Both the position numbers and the translations under genes were made by a program. The notes beneath the pieces are model-generated. The model saw only the letters and a program-made list of their open reading frames with translations, did no database searches and was not told where the DNA came from. This document shows, in pieces, positions 48,340 through 55,346 of a DNA stretch of 55,346 nucleotides (position 1 is its first letter; every line of letters starts with the position of its first letter). Source of the stretch: Malacoraja senta (lineage: Eukaryota); contig JAXLNO010002087.1 in NCBI GenBank assembly GCA_038087875.1, positions 62,001-117,346 of the forward strand, in the 5' to 3' direction.

Positions 48340-50230
48340 AAAAGTACAGCATGGGGGCAGTCCTTTCGGCCCACCGAGTCCATGCCAACCTCCTGTTCAC
48401 CTGTTCTCATGAATTCTATCTCATTGCACCTTCTCATCCAGTCACCCACCCACTAGGGGCAATTTAAAATGGCCAATTAAACTATAAACTGACACATCTT
48501 AGGATGTGTGAGGAAACCGGAGCCCCTGGAGGGATCCAATGCGGTTACACGGAGAACGTGCAAACTCCACATAGATGGCACTCAAGGTCAAAATTGAACC
48601 CGGGTCTGTGTCGCTGTGAGGCAGCAGCTCTACGAGTTGTGACACTGTGCTGCTCTGTTGGGGGCTCGCACTGTTCATGATCCAAGTCAGCTATGAGGCA
48701 GATTGGTTGCAGTTTATCGTTTACTAGTTTTGTTTAGTTTAATTTAGAGATACAGTAACGAAACAGGCCCTTCGGCCCACCGAGTTTGCGCTGACCAGCG
48801 ATCCCCGCACATTAACACTATCCTATACACGCACACCAAGCCAATTAACCTACAAACCTGTACGTCTTTGGAGTGTGGGAGGAAACCTTAGATCTCGGAG
48901 AAAACCCACGCGGTCACGGGGAGAACGTACAAACTTTGTACAGACAGCATCAGTAGTCGGGATCGAACCCGGGTCTCCGGTGCTGCAAGCACTGTAAGGC
49001 AGCAACTCTACCGCTGCACACAGTAGCTGCCACCAAGGCCGCTGTTGCTGGAAAACTCCAAATTAAGTGGGAATGTGAGTAGTGGGAGAAATGGTTCAAG
49101 GTGGAAAGCCGAATGAATGAGCAACAACATGACAGGTGGACTACAATGTGAAACAGGACAGCACAGAGCCAGAGACCTGAATTAAATACCAACATCGGCT
49201 GTTGTATCTGTAGAGTTTGCATGTTGTTCCTGTGACCATGTGGGTTTCCCCAGGTGCTCTGGTTTCCTCCCACATCCCCAAAACATTGTTTGGTAGGTTA
49301 GTTGTCCCCTAGATTGTGCATGATACAATGTGGGGAGAGCTGATGAGAATGTGGGACAAATGTAGGATTAGTGTACATGAATGGTTGGTGCAGGTCAGTG
49401 GGACAAAGGCCATGTTTGTATGCTGCATATTTCCATGACTCTTTATGATGTAGAAAGATGCTGACTATTTTTGATTTATAAGATTGGGAAAGACTGTGAG
49501 GGACAGTGCTAGAGTAACTCAGCAGGTCAGGCAACATCCCAGGAGACCATGGATAGGTGACAATCTGGTTCGAGACTCTTCAGGCAAATTACAATGGGTA
49601 TTCCTCAGCTTAAGTCTGATAGTAGTGTACAGATGCACCTCAACCACTGACTTGCTCAACAAGTGCTTAAATTAGTTGAATTAAAGTATGTTTGGAGTAA
49701 CATGCAGCAGTCCTTAAAATCTACCATTTCCCAAATCCCAAGAGAGCTGGATGATCAGGGTTTTAGTGTAAATTCAGTCATCTATATCACTGGTTTCTTG
49801 CCTGTGATCATACTGTTGTAAGATATATTCTGGTGATGAATTGCAGTTCACTTTCCTCCTGTGTAAAGGAGTTATTGTGTTGAATATAACAAGTGGAAGG
49901 GAAAGTCAGTGTAGGATTTAGAGTTTGTACGTAATGCAGCATGGTAGTGTAGCTGGTAGAACTGCTGCCTCACAACGCCAGAGACCCAGGTTCAATCTGG
50001 ACCTCGGGTACTGTCTACGTGGAGTTTGCACATTCTCTTGTGACTATGTGGGCTTCCTCAGGGAGCTCCGGTTTCCTCCCATATCCCAAAGATGAGCAGG
50101 TGTGCAGGTAATCATCCTCGGTAAGTCACCCTGATAGTGTAGGGGTGGATGGGAAATCTATTATGAAAGGGTGATTGCTGGTCAGTATGGATTTGGTGGC
50201 ACAAATGGCCTGTTTACACACTGTATCACT
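48340..50230. mobile_element. Four V-type SINEs (-, 48340-48655; -, 48730-49020; +, 49200-49440; +, 49930-50230)
   Basis: V-domain motif GGTTTCCTCCCACA and tRNA-like heads or (TTTAG)n tails. Confidence 0.75.
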
Positions 50231-50959
50231 GTTTTCAAGAGAGAGTTAGATTTAGGGCTAAGGGAGTCAAGGGATATGGGGAAAAAGCCAGATCGGAGTA
50301 TTAATTTTGGATGATCATCCATGATTGTATTGAATGGCGGTGCTGGCTCAAAGGGCCGAATAGCCTATTCCTGCACCTATTTTTTATGCTTCAATCTTTC
50401 TATTAAATAAACTAAATTGGAAGACAGAAGGTATTGAATGATGCATCTTCACGCCAGCTGTAAATGTCATAAACTGAGAATTGATTGCAAATGTTGTACA
50501 ATATTATAAAATAAACTGGGTGATCAAAATGACAAGATGGATGAAGAGCAGAGTTTTCATTGAAATAACAGACGTGCTGCTTTCTCGAGCACTTGGCCTT
50601 GGTTGTCTAATATTTCCTCTTCAAAATACAATGTTCCCCGGCATTGCTGGTCTGAGACACCATTCAGCAAGTATATTTCCTGAAACGGAGGTTCTGCTTT
50701 CATGGTATCAAGATGTCTAACAGCTCCAGCACCCAGATCAAAACCAAGCCATTTCTCACCTTGCCAAAACTAAGAATGCAGCAACAATTTAGTCATTGAA
50801 CATCAACGACATGCATATTTGAACTGAGGCAATGGTTAGCTTATTATCACTGTAAACCAGTCATGGTCATGGGTCTGCCATTGTGGTCACTATTAGTGAG
50901 GGTGATTAACTATCATTTAGCAGTGAAACGGAAAAGAATTGGCTTTTCAAGCCCACGGA

Positions 50960-51478
50960 GCCATAGAGTCATACGGCATGGAAATGGGCCCATTGCCTCA
51001 ACTTGGCCATGTCAACCAAGATGCCATGTTTAAACTACCCATATCTCACTGAACCTTTCCTATCTACAGTATGTACCTGTCCAAGTGTGTTCTAAAATGT
51101 TTTTTAATACCTGCCTCAACTACTTCCCCTGGAATGTTCTTCCATATTTCCACTTCCTCTGGTTCCGAGTAACTCGTTTCCTTCTCACCTTAAACCTAAG
51201 TCCTCTGGTTCTTGATTACATAAGGCTGGTTAAAAGATTCTGTGCATTCAATCTATCTATGCTCCTTGATTTTATAAACTTCTATAAGATCACCCCTCAG
51301 CCTCTTGCGTGCCAAGGACTAAAGTCCAAGCATTCTCTGCCTCTCCCTGAATCACAGGCCCTGTTAATGACATCCTTCCGATAGTGGAGTGACCAAAACT
51401 TAACACAATACTCCACATGTGGCCTCACCAACATCTTGTACAACTGTAGCAGAACATCCCAACTTTTTTATTCAGTAC
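50960..51478 (-). mobile_element. Degenerate CR1 3' fragment
   Basis: GTTTTATAAACTTCTATAAGATCACCC, CTCCACATGTGGCCTCACCAAC match CR1 RT C-terminus. Confidence 0.7.
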
Positions 51479-51479
51479 C

Positions 51480-54400
51480 TTTCTTTTAAAATCTTTTTAT
51501 TGTTTTTTTTCCAAAAAACAAAAACAAAAATAAAACATAAAAAACAGAGCAAAAAGAATAATGATAAACATAACAATGGTATTGATACATAGGGATCAGG
51601 ATTAAACACATTAATAACAGGTATAACCTAATATGAGACCAGTGTCAAAATACACAATGAATATAGACCTCCCGGTCTCTATGTAAATATAGTTCAATCT
51701 TTAAAAGGAAACATAAATGTTAANNNNNNNNNNNNNNNNNNNNNNNNNNNNNNNNNNNNNNNNNNNNNNNNNNNNNNNNNNNNNNNNNNNNNNNNNNNNN
51801 NNNNNNNNNNNNNNNNNNNNNNNNNNNNNNNNNNNNNNNNNNNNNNNNNNNNNNNNNNNNNNNNNNNNCTGAGAAATTCAACAATTTAAGTTTGTTTGTC
51901 GTCAAGTTCGTTCCACCCTATGAAGGTAAAATAATTTTTATAACGGTTAAAGAGGGATCAATTTATGTTGTATGAGAGCGTTCAATAAATTTCCCCCAAG
52001 TCTTATCAAATTTAACCAAGGGTTCAACAATGTCACTTCTGATTTTTTTTCTAAGTTTAAACATGATATCGTTTCAGAATACCACTGGAGTGTGGTCGGA
52101 GGGTTGGAATCTTTCCATTTAAAGAAAATAAATCTTCTGGCAATTAATGTGGTAAAAGCAATCAACCGTTGGGCGGAGTGGGACAAATGAATAGAATCTA
52201 GCATTGGTAACCCAAAAATTGCAGTAATAGGATGAGGTTGTAAATCTATACCTAAGACTACCGAAATAGTATCAACAATTTATTTCCAATATTTTTCCAA
52301 AAGAGGGCAGGACCAAAACATATGGGTCAGTGATGCCACTTCAGAGTTACATCTGTCACAGGTAGGATTTATATGACCATAAAAATGAGCTAACTTATCT
52401 TTTGACATATGAGCTCTGTGGACCACCTCGAATTGTATCAAATCGTGTCTTGCACACATTGAGGAAGTATTAACTAATTGAAGGATCCTCTCCCATTTCT
52501 CTATAGATAAAGAAATTTGGAGTTCTCTTTCCCAGTCATTCTTAATTTTATCAAATGTATCTATTTGTAATTTTAAAGTCAACTCATGAATAGTCGCTAT
52601 TAATCCTTTCTGATAAGGGTTCAACTGTAAAAAAAATTCCAAAATTTCGGGTTGATGTGGTAGCGGAAAAAGGGGTAGTTCCTTCTGTCTAATTTGTAAA
52701 TATCTAAAAAAGTGTGAATTAGGTAAGTTATATTTATTGGAGTTGTTCGAAAGACATAAAACAACCCTCCAAAAACAAATCACGAAAAGCTACTAATCCT
52801 TTCCTCTTCCATAACAAAAAAACTTGATCAGTACTAGATGGTTGGAAGAGAAATTTGGATATAATCAGATAGTCCAAAAAACTTACGAAATTGAAACCGT
52901 ATTCGGAACGTATGTCTTATTATTGGGTTCGTCATATATTTATTCAATCTCGTAATTGTAAAAGGTAACAAGGTCCCTAGAATAAAAGCCAATTATAGCC
53001 CTTGTAAGGAATCACGTTCTAGGTTTATCCATCCAGGGCATTGGGTATCTTCTAAATCTTTTGTCCAAAATGTTAAATAACGAACATTGACTGCCCAATA
53101 GTAGAGTCTAAGGTTCGGCAATGCCAAACCACCAACTTTTTTGATTTCTGTAGGTATTTTTTACCTAGTCTGGGATTTTTATTCTGCCATATATATGAAG
53201 AAATTTTAGAGTCTATAATATCAAAGAAAGATTTGGCAATAAAAATTGGTATCGTCTGAAATAAATACAGAAATTTAGGTAAAATGGACATTTTAATAGC
53301 ATTGATTCGGCCAATTAAGGATAAGGACATTGGTGACCATTTAGTGAACTGATGTTTAATATGGTCAATTAAAGGAATAAAATTAGCTTTAAATAAATCC
53401 TTGTGTTTCTTGGTGATCTTAATACCTAAATAAGTAAAACTTTCGGTAGTCAATCTAAATGGAAACTGTCCATAACTCGAAACAAAATTATTTAATGGGA
53501 AAGCTCACCTTTACTAAGATTTAGTTTATAACCAGAAAAACTACTGAATTGATTAAGTAATGCTACTATTGCCGGAATAGATTTCTCAGGGTTAGAAATA
53601 AATAATAACAGATCATCTGCATAAAGAGATAGCTTATGTGTCTTATTCCCGCGGACAATACCAAAAATATTAGGGGATTCCCTAATAGCAGTGGCTAAAG
53701 TTTCCAAAGCAATATCAAATAGTAAAGGACTTAAGGGACAGCCCTGTCTAGTACCTTGAAAGAGCCTGAAAAAAAGGGGATCTCTGATTATTAGTAAATT
53801 CAGAAGCCTGAGGTATAAGATATAGCAGTTTGATCCAAGAGATAAATTTCTTAACTTTTTCAAGTATATTGAATAAGTATTCCATTCTACTCTATCGATA
53901 GCCTTCTCGGCATCAAGTGATATGACACATTCTGGGGTTTTATTAGACGCTGTATATACAATATTTATTAATCTCCTAACATTAAAGAATGTGTAACGAT
54001 TTTTAATAAAACCTGTCTGATCTTCAGAGATAATTTGCGGTAAAATCTTTTCCAATCTCATAGGTAATATTTTGGAAAGAATTTTAAAATCTACATTTAA
54101 CATTGATATAGGTCTATATGATGTCACTTCAGTAGGGTCTTTATCTTTTTTTTTAATTAAAGAAATAGAAGCTTCATAAAAAGATTGTGGTAATCTATTC
54201 CTTAAAAAGGCTTCTTTAAATACCTTGCATAGCCATGGAGACAATAAATTTGAGAAATACTTTAAAAATTCTACTGTAAACCCATCTAAACCTGGAGCTT
54301 TACCAGAATTCATTGAAAAAATTGCTTTCTGTATTTCTTCTTCTGTGATGGGTTCATCTAACAACAGAGACTCATTGTATGGTAAATGTGGTAAGTTCAG

Positions 54401-55346
54401 TTTCTTTAAAACCTCATGCATTATATTGGAATCAGTAGGAAAATCTGATTGGTATAGGGAGGTATAAAATTCCTGAAAGGATTTATTAATTTTGTCATGG
54501 TCTACAGTTACTGTACCATCCCATTTACTCACTTTAGTAATCTGACGCTTGGCCGACACTGCTTTCAATTGATTAGCAAGTCATTTACCAGATTTTTCGC
54601 CATTTATATAAAATTTACTTTTGGTTTTAAGTAACTGGTTCTCAATCGGTGATACTAATAACAAATCATATCTCAATTGAAGTTCAACTCTATTCTTATA
54701 GAGCTCTAAACTAGGAGCTTTTGAATATTTTGTATCAATTTCTTTAATCTCGTCAGCCAATGTGCGTATTTCTTTTTGTGTTTGTTTTTTTAATCCCGCG
54801 GAGTATGAAATAATTTGTCCACGAATATATGCCTTAAAAGCATCCCAAACTATACCATTGGATATCTCTTCATTAGAGTTTGTCAAGAAGTAAAAAGCAA
54901 TCTGATCTTTCATAAACTTAATAAAGTTTAAGTCTTGAAGCAAAGTAGCATTAAATCGCCATTGTTTAGCACTAAACTTGGAATCAGGTAGTTTGATCAA
55001 TAGTTTCACTGGTGCATGATCAGAAATAGCAATTGTATCATACTCACATGCAATGACCGATGGAACTAGCCGAGAATCTAGTATAAAATAGTCGATCCTA
55101 GAATAACTATGATATACATGAGAGAAAAATGGAAATTCGTTGTCATTTGCGTGTAAGAATCTCCAAATTTCTAACATTCCCGAGTCAAGTAAAAAAGAAT
55201 TAATAAAATTAGCTGATTTATTTGGAAGCACATGATCAGATGTAGACCTATCAAACAGCAATTGAAGTCTCCACCCATTATTAAAAAGTGTTCATTTAAA
55301 TTAGGAAAGGATGCAATTAACTGTTTAAAAAACTCAGGGTGATCAA
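51480..55346 (-). mobile_element. L1/Tx1-clade LINE, ORF2 with several frameshifts, running off the window
   Basis: Endonuclease SYSRIDYF...ISDHAPV; RT KAPGLDGF, YRPISMLN, LDAEKAID, GTRQGCPLSP, LYADD; CCHC-type PTCDRC...LTHMFWSC; poly(A) tail at ~51490. Confidence 0.92.
51724..51868. other. Assembly gap (145 N)
   Basis: Run of N within the L1 3' UTR. Confidence 1.

Noticed and set aside
49869-49921. Possible cytoplasmic-tail exon (GVIVLNITSGRESQCRI*)
   Set aside because: The acceptor is plausible but there is no motif or homology support, and it overlaps a SINE edge; not called without RNA data
50481-50720. 79-aa ORF as MHC cytoplasmic exon
   Set aside because: Weak acceptor, no recognisable motif, and its length is expected by chance
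51869-55346. Strong AT and strand skew in the L1 as another case of C-loss
   Set aside because: An A-rich sense strand is normal for L1-clade ORF2, and the reading frames are largely preserved

Overview
Vertebrate genomic DNA. The repeat complement points to a cartilaginous fish, probably a skate or ray (inference): V-type tRNA-SINEs, CR1 LINEs with (TCTATGTT)n or (ATGGTTAT)n tails, Rex1/Babar, Penelope and L1/Tx1. Most of the window is transposon-derived. It holds one Penelope-like element with an uninterrupted 1213-aa ORF (RT + GIY-YIG), two defective endogenous retroviruses (ERV-A, minus strand, 19619-24890; ERV-B, plus strand, two LTRs, 36928-43063), a THAP-domain fold-back DNA element, many LINE/SINE fragments and a long L1/Tx1 fragment with an N-gap. 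The only host gene I can support is a plus-strand MHC class I-like gene, seen as two spliceable exons: a C1-set Ig (alpha3-like) exon at 43917-44183 and a transmembrane exon at 47980-48087. I found no alpha1/alpha2 exons. The most unusual signal is sharply bounded, strand-specific loss of cytosine on the viral sense strand of both ERVs. It can be measured in ERV-B, where a tail-less CR1 fragment inside the provirus has lost about half of its C (to A, T and G) but only about 10% of its G relative to a sister CR1 copy in the same window. Also noted: a ~1.6 kb segmental duplication 35 kb apart, a cryptic ancient triplicated unit at 1.6-4.8 kb, and hammerhead-like motifs in Penelope terminal repeats. 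All counts are by hand and coordinates of degenerate repeats are approximate.
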